A stretch of DNA of 64,000 bases from Mytilus trossulus (taxonomy: Eukaryota): contig NC_086376.1 of the NCBI RefSeq assembly GCF_036588685.1, positions 95,335,630 through 95,399,629 of the forward strand. Direction: 5' to 3'. Each line of letters opens with the position of its first letter. Position 1 is the stretch's first letter. Positions 23,501 through 36,100 of the stretch are shown here, piece by piece. Under the pieces are notes generated by a model that was not told where the DNA came from, ran no database searches, and was given only the letters and a program-made list of their open reading frames with translations. A program made the position numbers and the translations under genes.

Positions 23501-26500
23501 ATTAATTTAACAGAGCTTCAAGAACCTCCTTGAACTAAGAGTAGGGAAAATCTATATGAAAATAGATAGAAACATACTTCTAATTCTACTACGAGCTTGT
23601 TCCGGACGTTACTTTGCATGTGCTTACCATAAGTAAAAGTTCCTTTAGAATCGTCGCCAGTGTTGTCCTTTATTATCTTGCCTGATCCTACAATATGTGA
23701 AGATCAACAGAAGATGTAATGCAATAAAATAAAGTGTTTCGAAAAAGGTAAACTATAGTTGATAAGTGCGACGATACCGATAGTACATTGTATACATTTA
23801 GTTTTAAAATTCTAGTTTTCAATAACTGTGTGAATTTTCTGGTCTGTACTTTGTGGGCTTTTTTTGTTTGTTATGACGGGTGTACATATTCCCTGCACTG
23901 GTTTTAACATAGTTGTATACACCACTGTTCCATTTTAAGGGAATTGTTGGCGCCTAAAACTCATGTTTCTAAGCCTAAAATATCGATCAGTTTGAATCAC
24001 AAATCCAATGAATTGCATGTAAAGACATAAATAACAGTCGGAGACAAACACGGTATTGTGCAATGATAAAATTATTGTATGCCTGTTCCAATTTAGGAGC
24101 CTGTAGTTAATTGGTTGTCGTTAGTTCGTGTCTGTCGTATTTGTTTATCGTAAATTGTTTTTCTATGCATTAGGTAGGTCGTTAATTTTCTCCATTGAAT
24201 TCTTTTTTGTTTCGTATTTTTTCATGTCAGGTTATTTTATAGCGGACTATGCGGTATGGGGTTTTCTCATTGTTGAAGGCATTACGGTAAGCTATCATTG
24301 CTTACATTTACTATATTTGAACTTGAAATTCTGATAATTCATAAATAGAAAAGTAATATTAAATGTTCATATTAAATAAGGTGATCGTGTAATTTAAAGT
24401 TTTCAGTCACATTCTTTATTTTTCGCATCTTTCAAGACCTATTTCTAAATCCAAGCATAAGCTACAAAAAACTACCCTTATTAATTATATCATACCAACT
24501 CGGTTTTATTGATGATGGAATGTCGGAGTAACCGGAGTAAACTACTGTCTTTCGGCATGAAAACTGGCGGTACTTTGTCAAAAACAAGGAGCAAAAGTGT
24601 GCCAATTATTTAAAACATAAAGTTTGTTTGGTATAACAATTAAGAAAACTTCTATAATGTTTAAAAATGCTTAAATTAACGCTGTTAGCTTTGGATCCGC
24701 GCCTATTTGTCAATTAATATTGGAGTCGAAGACAATTCGCCATGAGGATGGAAATGACAATGACAATTTAGAAATTATCACTGTAGATGATCTTTTTAGA
24801 CTAAGCGGCAACCAACCGTAAGTGTTAGTGTTATAAATGCAAATAAAGATGAACCTTTTCCTTTTATACACAATATGTAGTAACAATGAAGCACATTATA
24901 AATAGTTGAAAAATACTTGATAATGCTCATTCTGTCCTGTGGTTCAGTACAATCTATTAACTAGCTTCACCTTGAACGGCTTACAAAGTAAGCTACAAAC
25001 AACCTATTTACATTTAGTCATTCACTAGTGATAATGACCCAGTCTGTTTTAAACATGCTTAATTCTCTTACGAACTAGTAATAACAGGTTTATAACTTGA
25101 CAAAAAAATCAGCATTTGAATCATCACTTTCACTTAAGTCTAAATTACTACACTCGGCTAGAAAAAATAAATATTTTTTTGCTTTCAAAAATTCTCTCTA
25201 GGTTTTGACGACTCCAGCAAATATTCACATAAAACAGTTATTTACCAGATTTGTACTTTCATAATCAACACGATGGTTACCACATGTGGAGAAGGATCTA
25301 ATTACATTACTGGAGTACGTGAAAGTGAGCCCTGTTTTTGTGGAGTTCATGTTGGTCACTCTGATTTATAAACCGTTTTGCTGTCATCCTAATGTTGGAA
25401 ATTAGGCAAAGTCTCCTTATTCGAATTTCCTTTCCTTTTCCTTTTCGATTTTCATTTCCTTATTCGATTTTCATTTCCTTATTCGATTTTCATTTCCTTA
25501 TTCGGTTGTTATTTCCTTATTCGATTTTCATTTCATTATTCGGTTTCTATTTCCTTATTCGATTTTCATTGTCTTATTCGGTTTCTATTTCCTTATTCGA
25601 TTTTCATTGTCTTATTCGGTTTCTATTTCCTTATTCGATTTTCATTTCATTATTCAACTTTCATTTCCTTATTCGGTTTCTTTTTCCTAATTCGGTTTCT
25701 AAGTAAAAACAAATGTGTTTAGTTAAGTGATGTGTATTACTGGGCCTAATGACCAGTGCAGTTTTTAATTTTGTCCAAAGGAAGTAGAATGATTTACTGG
25801 ACCAATGTCCAGTTGCCTGAGATCTCAAAGCCTTCGGAACCTTTGTGTTTTGCCTTGGCATTGTTATGACTTAAACGAATGACCATTTTTATCTTACGTC
25901 TTTCTATCAAAGTCACGTGTGTTCAGTCAGAATGGAAACAAACATAATTAATCTGTGATGTTTACATTTTATCCCCATACATGTATAAATAAGTTGATAG
26001 TTAGAGTGGTTTACATTTCCTTCCATGAGGTATAAAGTGAGGAAGTTGGAAATAAAATTGGGAATGGAAAAAGGGAAATTGTCAGAGAGACAAAAACCCG
26101 ACCAAAAAGCAAAATATAAACCGAATGCAAACCAACAAGTCTTCAACACAGCGAGAAAATCTCGCACCCGAAGGCGTGCTTCAGCTGGCCCCTAATCAAA
26201 ATTGTGCACTTGTTCAGCGATAATTATAAATTTCACATTGTATTCGCCTTAAACTTTTCTTTACTCTTGTGGTGAGTATATATGGTATAGGTGTTGTCTT
26301 GTTGATGTAAACTTATATCTCCTTGCATGCGGGGGAAAGTATGGTAAAGGAAGTCGTACAGAAATACTTCTTATTTTACCTATTTAACTATTTTAGTTCC
26401 GACTACAAATTGGAAAACTAATCCGCTTTTCTGTTTCGAATTTTTAATTCCTACCAAAATCAGCTGATTAAAGTCTATTTTCGCATTTTCACGATAAAAT

Positions 26501-26645
26501 CATTTATTTAGAAAGCGCAAATCGTTAAGACAATGACTTTATAAACGGTAGAAAACATATAGTTAAAAAATCATTAACACTGTAATATCTTACCAAAAAT
26601 ATAGAATTCCATCAATAGAAATAGCACTGTTCCGTATTTCCCCAT
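17505..26645 (-). CDS. Nicotinic acetylcholine receptor alpha-type subunit, alpha9/alpha10-like, paralogue 2 (about 450 aa)
   Basis: Exons: 26645-26594 (MGKYGTVLFLLMEFYIF), 23687-23628, 22546-22413, 22076-22032, 21339-21230, 19983-19448, 18533-18340, 17726-17505 (stop); total 1353 nt in frame. Cys-loop CPIDVAKFPFDSQVC, loop C YYGCCPEPF, same M2 as paralogue 1. Confidence 0.93.
17803..17892. repeat. 30-bp tandem repeat, 3 copies
   Basis: taatgtaggtcgcactttcactttatt(t/c)cc repeated three times in the last intron of paralogue 2. Confidence 0.85.
21782..21881. mobile_element. Imperfect hairpin element core
   Basis: agattatc...gattgcttttctc / gagaaaatcaatc...gataatct inverted arms around gccgtaccggc. 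Confidence 0.5.
22780..23472. mobile_element. Non-autonomous TIR DNA transposon (Kolobok-like) with a nested family-2 fragment
   Basis: Imperfect TIRs ggagtaggttcagtaagaccc / ggcccttaccggacctactcc, followed by TTAA on the right. Nested family-2 repeat at about 22947-23065. Confidence 0.6.
25430..25705. repeat. 19-bp minisatellite (about 14 copies)
   Basis: Unit ttccttattcgattttcat, with ttcggtttcta variants, in intron 1 of paralogue 2. It explains ORF 25392-25706. Confidence 0.9.
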
Positions 26646-29600
26646 AATTCAAGGAATTGTTTTTTTCTATGCTTAATACTCCACCCTGTACCATCAGTGT
26701 TTTAGTGCATACTCAGAATATAGGTCTAACATAACTATATACGTATGAGAGACCTGTTATCCGGAGCATAAAAATCAAATTCTGCAATCGAGCCAATTAT
26801 CCAGGATTATTGTTGTCATAAAATAATTACAGATGTATTTTAAATGTATAATGCATTATTAACAGTAAACATGCAACTTTAAAGCATACTACATCTTTTC
26901 AATACATCATAGTAATTGATAGCTTTACAACCGCGGTTAATCAATCTATGGATTTTAAACCCGTATTTTTTACTCCTTTTTAAAAAAATTTCATACATAT
27001 TATTCACAGCTAAAAACATTCTACTTTTTATTGAGACATATAATCTAATTTCAATATATTTCTGATATTTTTAGTTAACCTTAAACAAATACGATAATTA
27101 GCTAAACGATCGAAAGTCTTATTGTATTGTATACTGTAAGAAATGTATGTATGTCATAGGTATGTCATAGGTATGTCATAGGTATTATACACTTGAGAGA
27201 AATATGCAGCAAAAAGTCTATGGACAGGTGCTTGATGAATTGATCTTGGTGCCTATACTGTTATAGGCTATAGATCGTTTACTACTGCCTGCTGTTGTCC
27301 ATGCAGAGGGATCTGTTCCGAACAAGAGACACAATTAAATCAGTATGTAGTATATTGATGTAGTAACTAGTAGATATATCTTGATAACTCCCATGTGCAA
27401 ATATAAGAATAAAACAAATACAGACCATCATATATACAGCAATATAGATATGGTTTATTTAATTAAAATTGCATTTTAACTCATGATTCATTCAACAATT
27501 TGTATATACCTATTAAATATTGATTTCAAACTATTTGTATGTTTCAGCAATTTATATAATTTTAAATAAAAAATGTCTCTTAACAAACGATTTCCAATCA
27601 TAACTTTTGATAGCATCAAATACTGTGGGATAATCAACTGTTTATAACCGTTAAATGTGGGACAACCAGAACTGTTTACATATAACATAATGTGGGACAA
27701 TCGGAACTTTTGATGCCAAAAAATAAATTAGGAAAATTAAATTACATAGATATAAGAAGATGTGGTACGAGTGCCAATGAGACCACTCTCCATCCAAGTC
27801 ACAATTCGTACAAGAAAAATCATTGTAGGTAAAAATACGGTATTCAACAGGCGCCTTTGCTCACAACGAACAGCAAGCTTTAAAGCCCCCCCCCCCCCCC
27901 CCCCCCCCCCACCAAAAAAAAAATACTAGTGTAAAACCATTCACACAGGAAAACATTTGTTTTTTTGTTTTTTTAACAACAAATATATACTTTATTCTAA
28001 AGATATCTTGTTACAATTATCTTGTTACAATTATACTTCACTGTCCAAGCATTTGTTCGTATTGTTTGCCAACTACTTCCTTCTGTCTTCCCTTAATTTG
28101 TTCCGTCTAGTGTTGGAGAACACACAATTAGCTGTGTTTTCAAAACACAAACGAAGAAAATAGCAACTTTCTTCGACGGGAAAGAATTTTTTGAAGTTAA
28201 AGAATTATTCAGATGATAGGTGACGACGGAGAGACATATTGACATCTATATAACCTTGTTGTGCAATGTAATGAACAATTAATTATTTGTTATAGACAGA
28301 CATTTCCATATAATAACCGTATTTTCTTTAGAAACTAAGGCGATAAAAAGTGGCAAATGTGCACAACAATAAAGCTAGACAAATCTATGCACTTTCTGCT
28401 CCACTCTGTCACCCGTTCAGCCGTTCACAATAAAAGTCATTCAATGCATTAACGGCGATACTATGGATTTATGATAACTAGCATTATCTGACACGTGATT
28501 TCCCATATATCGAAGTCTATTAACATTCATGTGGACTTTTATTAGACCTAGAAACCGCAAAAGCAGAAGTGACTTAGTCCGGTTTGTAAACCATGATACT
28601 GGATGTGTGATGTATGATATAGATACTGGATGTGTGATTTATGATGTAGTATGAAGATACCAAAAAGGTCACTCAGTTGATTAATAAAATTATGATCCTT
28701 CTCTTATACTTTAACCTTAAAAATAAAATGGATCTCAGTACAATCGTTTTTAAGGGACAAATGTACGTCAAGTTTTGATGTTTTGTTTAACCAATTATTT
28801 AACTATTTTTTTTCGTTTTTAGCTCAAATAATCATGCCCTTTGATATAATGTTCTTAAAGTGTATATTATTTCTTATTCCTTCCAATGCTTGTTGCGCAT
28901 CTCATTTGATAAAGTTGGATTTAAATCTAAATACTAGTAGTTGTATTAATTTACGTTTTTTTTTATTAAGTTAAGCCTTCCAATTGATATATATATAAAA
29001 CGTTAAATCCCGCTGCAAATGTTTGCACTTGTCCTAAGTCAGGAATCTGATGTATAATAGATGTCGTTGTTTATGGTATTTATACGTGTTTCTTGTTTCT
29101 GTTTTTTTATATAGATTAGACCGTTGATTTTCCCGTTTGAATGGTTTTGGGGCCCTTTATAGCTTTTTCTTCGGTGTGAGCCAAGGCTTCGTGTTGAAGA
29201 CCGTACAATGAGCTATAATGGTTTACTTTTATTAATTGTTATTTGGATGGAGAGTTGTCTCATTGGCAATCACACCACATCTGCCTATATCTATTTAAAA
29301 ACAGATTCGTGTTAGAAGCTATTTCGACGCGTCGAAATCTTCCGATGTTACCAGGTAAGTATACATCTTTTATCTTTTATAATTCATAGGTTTATGATAT
29401 TATTCAATTAAATGACGTAATCCTAATAATATGTGCGTGACTTAGCTTATGTAGCTTAATATGTGAATTAATCTTAATTAAGTTTGACTTCAGATGAGAA
29501 TATAATTAACAGTCGTAACAGTTCATGGATTGAACGATTTGGGAATTAATTTCATATAATCATGAAAATCAATATAAAAATGTTGATGTATTAAATAGAC

Positions 29601-29895
29601 AGCGAGACCTTTGAATCTTTGCATTTCAAATTACCTCTGATATGAAACAGCTGCCATCATTAAAAACAACAAAGTAAGTTAAAATATTTAATATAACAAT
29701 AAAAACACTACTTTAAAAGAATCAAACAAGAAAGACTATAGTACATCTTTTTAGTAACATCACAATAGCATATAAAGTACATTTATCCCCTCAGAAACAT
29801 CACAACAGTATTAAAGAAGGACAATGATGCATTCATATTCTGGCACAGTTTAAAATACAATTATTTCGCAAATAATCTATCACGTGACGTGATAA

Positions 29896-30151
29896 AGAAT
29901 CATTCAACCGACAGAATTTTATTCTATTCTATTCTACAGATATAACCAGATCCAATGCTTAAAGATAAAATATCATTCAACTGACTGAATTCTATTAAAT
30001 ATATAACCACATGCAATGCTTAAAGATAAAATATCATTTAACTGACTGAATTCTATTAAAGATATAACCACATCCAATGCTTAAAGATAAAGAATCATTC
30101 AACTGACTGAATTTGATGAAAGATATAACCACATCCAATGCTTAAAGATAA
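29896..30151 (-). repeat. 61-bp tandem repeat derived from the coding end and stop codon of paralogue 3
   Basis: atgcttaaagataa occurs at 29955, 30016, 30077 and 30138 (period 61). The last copy is the real M4/stop sequence. Confidence 0.9.
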
Positions 30152-33100
30152 AAAGAACACCATCATCCCGATTCTGTCTACCATTAAGGCGAGACTAATC
30201 CATAGTTCTGAGTTTTCTGCAATCTCTGCTTCCGGTTCCGATAGACTTATAGATGACGTGTTTCCCAGTTCTTCCTCCTTGTATTTTCTATTCCTGTCCA
30301 GGATGTTGAATATTTTGGCCAATGATTTATCCTTCAAAGAAAAAAAGGCAGATTTATATAATTTATCATTGCAAACTTTTGTAGCTTTGTCTAACGTGAA
30401 CGCAGATGTTTCTGTCGTATGCTAAGCTTAGTCCGGTTTGTATGTAGATTTGTCTGCCGTGTATGCAGCTTTGTTTGTCGTGTACACAGCTCGTCTGCCG
30501 TATGCTTAGGTCAGGCTGTCATTACGTGTTTTTGTTTTTTCGTATTCACAGATAAGTCTGCGATAGTAGTTTTGTCTGTTGTGTACGTTGCTTTGTATGC
30601 CGTGAAAACAGATTTGTCGTTTATGTTGCTTTGTCTGCATTTTAAGTTCTATTTACGCTTATTATAAATATGTATGTCGTATAAAATCTCTACAGAGCTT
30701 ATGTTGTATTGTCATATGCGTTGAATAAATATTTTCGACTTTATGTCTGCCGTGTAGGCAGTTTTGTGCTGTTTGTTCTGTATACAGTTTCGTCTGCAAT
30801 GTTCGCAGCTTGTCTGTCGCGTACTTGGTGTTGTCTGTCGTTTTCGCAGCGTTGTCTATCGTGCACGCAGCTTTGTCTTTCGTGTTCACAACTTTGCCTG
30901 CCTTGCTTGCAGTTTTGTTTGTCCTGTCCGAAGCTTTACCTACTATGTTCGTAGATTTTTTCTCTCGTATATGTAGCTTTGTCGGTCGTTATAGCGGTTT
31001 TGCATGTCGTGAACGTGGCTTTGTCTGCAGTGTTTGCTTATTTAAATACCAATTTGATTGTTTAACGCTTCATACGAACCATATGTTCCCTCGTCAATTT
31101 ATAGTGTACTATTCACTTTAAAATAATAGAAATACATTCTTGGCAACAGTTTTTTGTTTTTACTTTTTCTACTTGCCATTGGACTTTATTAGCTGATGAA
31201 GACAAGTTTAGAAATGGCTATGGACAAAATAGACTTATCGTTATTATTTTCTCGCAGTCGAGACAAATTTCGGATGAGAATATGTAAGAATATAGAAATA
31301 TGAAAGTAAAAACTTGTTTGAATCTTATATCAGTGTACAATATCATAATTCAATAGTTTCGCTTTCACGGAAATTGAATATAATCCTTTAATTTTTTTGT
31401 AATATTGGTCACTGAACATAAACAAACAATTATAGACTATAATGGATATACTTACACATTTCGGTGAAGATTGTTTTACGTAATCGGGTTTTACTCTCGG
31501 AACATCTATCCATGTAAGTCTACCAAGTAGTTTCAATACATAGAATTTTAACCAATGGGGCATGTGTCTATCACCTCGATGATGTAAGTTCAATACCAAC
31601 ACTTGCCAACACGACGATCCACCAGATAACATCATTGTAAAACTAAAAAAGGAGGCTGAAAAAAAACAACATGAAAAAATAAAAAAAAGTATGAAATGTT
31701 CATTGTTCTTATTTTAAATACAAAAGAAAAGAAATATATAAAAAAATTGTTTTGAACAGGATTAAAAAGCAAAAGAAGGTAACATCGCACAATTTAAAGT
31801 TAGTAGGGTCTATAAAGAGGCGTCTTTTAAACCTGTTTAAATTATTTGAATATTTGTGCTTGGTGCTTATACTATGTTTCGTTGGAATTGCATATATACT
31901 GATGTCTATATATTCTATTTTTTCAATTGATGTACTAGTAAATATGCCGATCTCTGAAATGCAATGTAATTTAATGGCAGTAGACAAGTCTTTTGAAAGT
32001 CAAAAGGATTTTAAGTTGTAAGATTGTAGCTTAAATACTTACATATCCACGGTGTTTCGTCAGCTGATGGTGGTAAATGGTCCGCTATCAATAACTGGAA
32101 TACAGACATTGCTAACATCACGGTCAATTCTAAACCAACTTTCTCTCCAGAGTCAGCTGGTAGGAAAAATCCTAGCCCTGCTACCAATGTAACCAGTAAG
32201 GAGGGTATCAGTATATTTGTGACGTAATAGTTTGGTTTCCTCTTTAGATTGATATAAAATGTAACATCCGGATACGGTTCCGGACAACAGCCGTAATAAA
32301 GTTCGTGTCTGATGGCTGGTATGCCTTCAATGATCCATTCTACGTTCTCCTTCACTGAGGAAAGATCTCCTGCACCAAGCTTTGTTGAGAGATCAAGTTC
32401 AAACCCGTTATATGACCATGAACCGAACATCAGAGAACATATTTGGCTATCGTAAGGAAATTTGGCCACCGAAACTGGACATAATGCTTCTATTTTGGAG
32501 GGAAAGTTGTAAGTAACATAACCATCGGGGTAGATATGAGCTCTAAACTTCTCAAAACCGTAGAATTCCTCCGCAATACTGCAAAACAAATTGATAACTT
32601 AGTCTATACCAATCACGTTACAATAAGTAGTTATTTCTACGCATTTCTACCATAAGATATCCATATCAATCAATTCACATAAACAGTATCTGTTTTTTAT
32701 AAAGCTCAATATTCAGGTATGTAGTCCTTTCTTTCTCACAGTGAATATGACTCGTTTCCGAACATTGTAACAAAAAATCCATGAGCATATGTAATAATGG
32801 TAAATTGTAATTATATTGTTTGTTTCAACTTTCTTTAGTGTTGTTATAAATAATTGTTAGTTGCTTGTTTCTTTCTTTTATGGATGTTTCTTTTGATTTA
32901 TATATCAGGAGAGTCGGGTATTGAGAACTTAGTCTTAGATAAAGTTTTCTCAAATATGCAATTTCCTGTACCTTATTTAGACTTATAAATAATAAGACAC
33001 TTATATGTTGTTGTCCATTCGTTTGATGTTTTTGAGATTTTTATTTTGCCATTTGATAAGAGACTTTCCGTTTTGAATTTTCCTCGGGGTTCAGTACTTT

Positions 33101-36100
33101 TATGATTTGATTTTTTTCCATAAGAATAGTACTGATTCCCTGTCTGCATGAGCTACGATGATTAGTTAATATTCCCACGAATTTGCATGCCAGTTTGTTT
33201 GGTTTGTTTGAATGGGTTATTTACATAGATTACATACGTACAATCCACAAACTCAACAAAAACCAGGAATTACATGATTATTGACCGAGATTGTCGAGAA
33301 AAATTACTTGTCTATATTTTTGTGTTCTTCGGTGAATGATGATTAAATTTTCATAGTCTGATTCACAGGCACTTGTCTCAAAAAAAAATTTCCTATATAT
33401 TAAGGTATATAGGAAATTATTTTTTTGAGACAAGTGCCTGTGCCATCTGATTATAGGAAAAAACATTTAGAGACTAAGATATTTCTGTTAACAAATATGT
33501 ATTACCTTTCATAAAGTGTAATATCCGGTTTCCAGATGAGATCTATGGGTAAAACTATAGACTTTGTTCCGTTATAATCGTCAGGGTTCCACTTCAGATG
33601 ACAGTCTACCCAGGCCTATAAAATAATACAAATCACCGTAAGTGTCTTACTCATATTATATTTGTTTAAAATACTTCTAAGACCATGTCAAAATAACAGT
33701 CTTGTGATGGTTCAACGACATGTCATAGACGAAACATAAGCAAAAGATACTGACTGTATTAATTCAGCTAAACCATATTACAAACATCATCGCTGGATTA
33801 TTCCTAAATGGTAATAGACAAACATTTAATCAAGTCACTTGTCAGTAGTCTAGAACATTTTTCAGGGTACCTTTCTTCGAACATTCCTTCGGACACTTTT
33901 ATCTGAGAACAGATCTTAGACCAAATCTTAAGAAACGTTCATCTCAGAACATATCTTATGACACTTTTGTCTTAGAACAGATCTCGGAATATATCTTAGG
34001 AAATGTATATTTTAAAACATATCCGAGGACATTAACTTATACCAGGTCTGAGGAAACCTTTATCTTAGGACACTTTAGCTTAGAACGTATCCTAGGAAAC
34101 TTTTATAATCATACTTTTACTTGTTGGTCTTGTACATCTAGCTACCAATTGTGTTATCATGGTTACTCTTAACTCGACATGTTTACTTACTGTTGATTAC
34201 TTACATCATCTTAGTTATTTAGACGGTGAAATAAAAGTAAATATTTCTATCCAATAAAGGATTGGTTTGGGTACGGAACGACCGGATACCACAACTACCC
34301 TCAAAACTGAATTACAATAGTAAAAAATAAAAAACGTAAAATCTACTAACCAATCGCATCCATACGTTAAACTGTACTGTCTGTTCTGGTTCGTTCTGCA
34401 AGATGAAAGGGAAACAATATGAATGAATGAATCTTTATTGCATTAGCAACAACATTGCTTTAGCATAAAACAAGGTATATACAAATATGACAAATATGAC
34501 AGAATACAGAGAACAATTAAATAGGTTAAATAATGCAGAGATAACTTATAATAATATAAATAATCATATATTAACTGATAATTTGCAATCTTAGTTTCCA
34601 TGCAGCTTTAAGATAATTACATAGATTTTTTGTTAAGCTTTTTGACCCAGCTTGTAACAGAAAAATTAGCTTTCGTGTATTTGGCCATGAACAATAATAC
34701 TTTGGCAAAAAATTACATCTTAGTGATCTATATGCAGGACAAATCAACACAAAATGATATTCATCTTCAATATTATTCATTTTACAACATTTACAAATAC
34801 GATTGACTCTAGGAATATTGTCATAGCGACCTGTTTCTATATATAATTTTAAGCTTCCACTACGTTGTTTTGTAAGTATATTGGTATTAAAATCATATTG
34901 TAAATAATTCTCCATACAAAAATCTAGTTTGAAACATTTATAGATAGACAGTTTTTCACAGGCATTAATACTAGCATACCAGCTTTGATAATATTGATCG
35001 TTGATACGTGATTTAATAAGGTCAAATGACACATTTATGTGATCCTGGTTAATCCATATATAATTCAAACCTAAACTAAACAAAAGGTCTCTTACATTGG
35101 ATGCCCAGTTTGTTTTGCCGTTAGTAGCATCAATACATAAAACTTTATATACATCATACACAATATTTGGTTGGTCCTTAATTAAATGCAACCAATATTT
35201 AACAATTCTATATTTTCTTGAAATACACATCGGAAAGTGTCCGAGTTCACCACATAAAAACAAGATTGGAACAGTTTTACCCAAGTTAAGTATATATCGA
35301 CAAAAACGATTATGAACATATTCTACTTCGTTGGCCCGATGAAATCCCCACACCTCGGACGCATAGTTCAGAACGGATCCAATCATACTATTGAATAAAA
35401 AACACTGTTGAATTGGACCAATGAATTCTCTTTTCATAGAGTTGATCAAAGATGATAGAGCTCTAGCTCCCTGTTGTGCCATTCTTTTTTGAGTTTGAAC
35501 AAATTTGCCATTGAAATGTAGCAGCATACCAAGGTATATATATGATTTGACGATTTCAAGTTCTTGGCCTTCGAAATAAAAATGGTCAGTTACGGGCTTC
35601 CAACCATTGCGAAAAACAACAATTTTTGTTTTGTCCGTATTTACAGTTATATTCCATCTCCTGCAGTAGAATGAAAGTTTATCTAACAAAATTTGCAATG
35701 CATCGGGAGACTTTGCTAGCAGAACTGTATCGTCAGCAAATAATATCAAATATATGAGGTAACCATTAAGTTCGAATATGTCACCATTGTTATCAACTTG
35801 TATATCACTGATTATATCATTTATGAAAAATAGGAACAAGAGAGGAGAGAGTGGTTCCCCTTGTTTCACTCCAAGAAAGTTTACAAACGCATCAGATAAG
35901 CCATCTTTCGTTCTAATTCGTAGACGCACGGTTTCATATACTGCTTTAATAATTGTTATAAATTTTCCACTAACTCCACTTTTTAATAACTTGTATGATA
36001 TGAGATAGCTTTAGATTCGGTTTCACTCTATTTAAAGTGTTTACTTTGACATACATATCAAAATTATAGTTTATTTCTTAACGTGCAACTAAATATTTAA

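Noticed and set aside
24797-24930. Alternative first exon for paralogue 2 (MSIIKYFSTIYNVLHC..)
   Set aside because: It has no good phase-1 donor (one option creates TGA). Exon 26645-26594 has a strong GTAAGA donor and resembles exon 1 of paralogue 3.
27885-27909. Poly-C run (and poly-G at about 36110-36124) as a functional G-quadruplex element
   Set aside because: These are simple homopolymers within or near repeats, with no supporting context.
30419-31121. Overlapping ORFs as a missing nAChR intracellular-loop exon
   Set aside because: They lie in a degenerate subrepeat tract with no counterpart in the other paralogues, and the flanking exons already join in phase 0.
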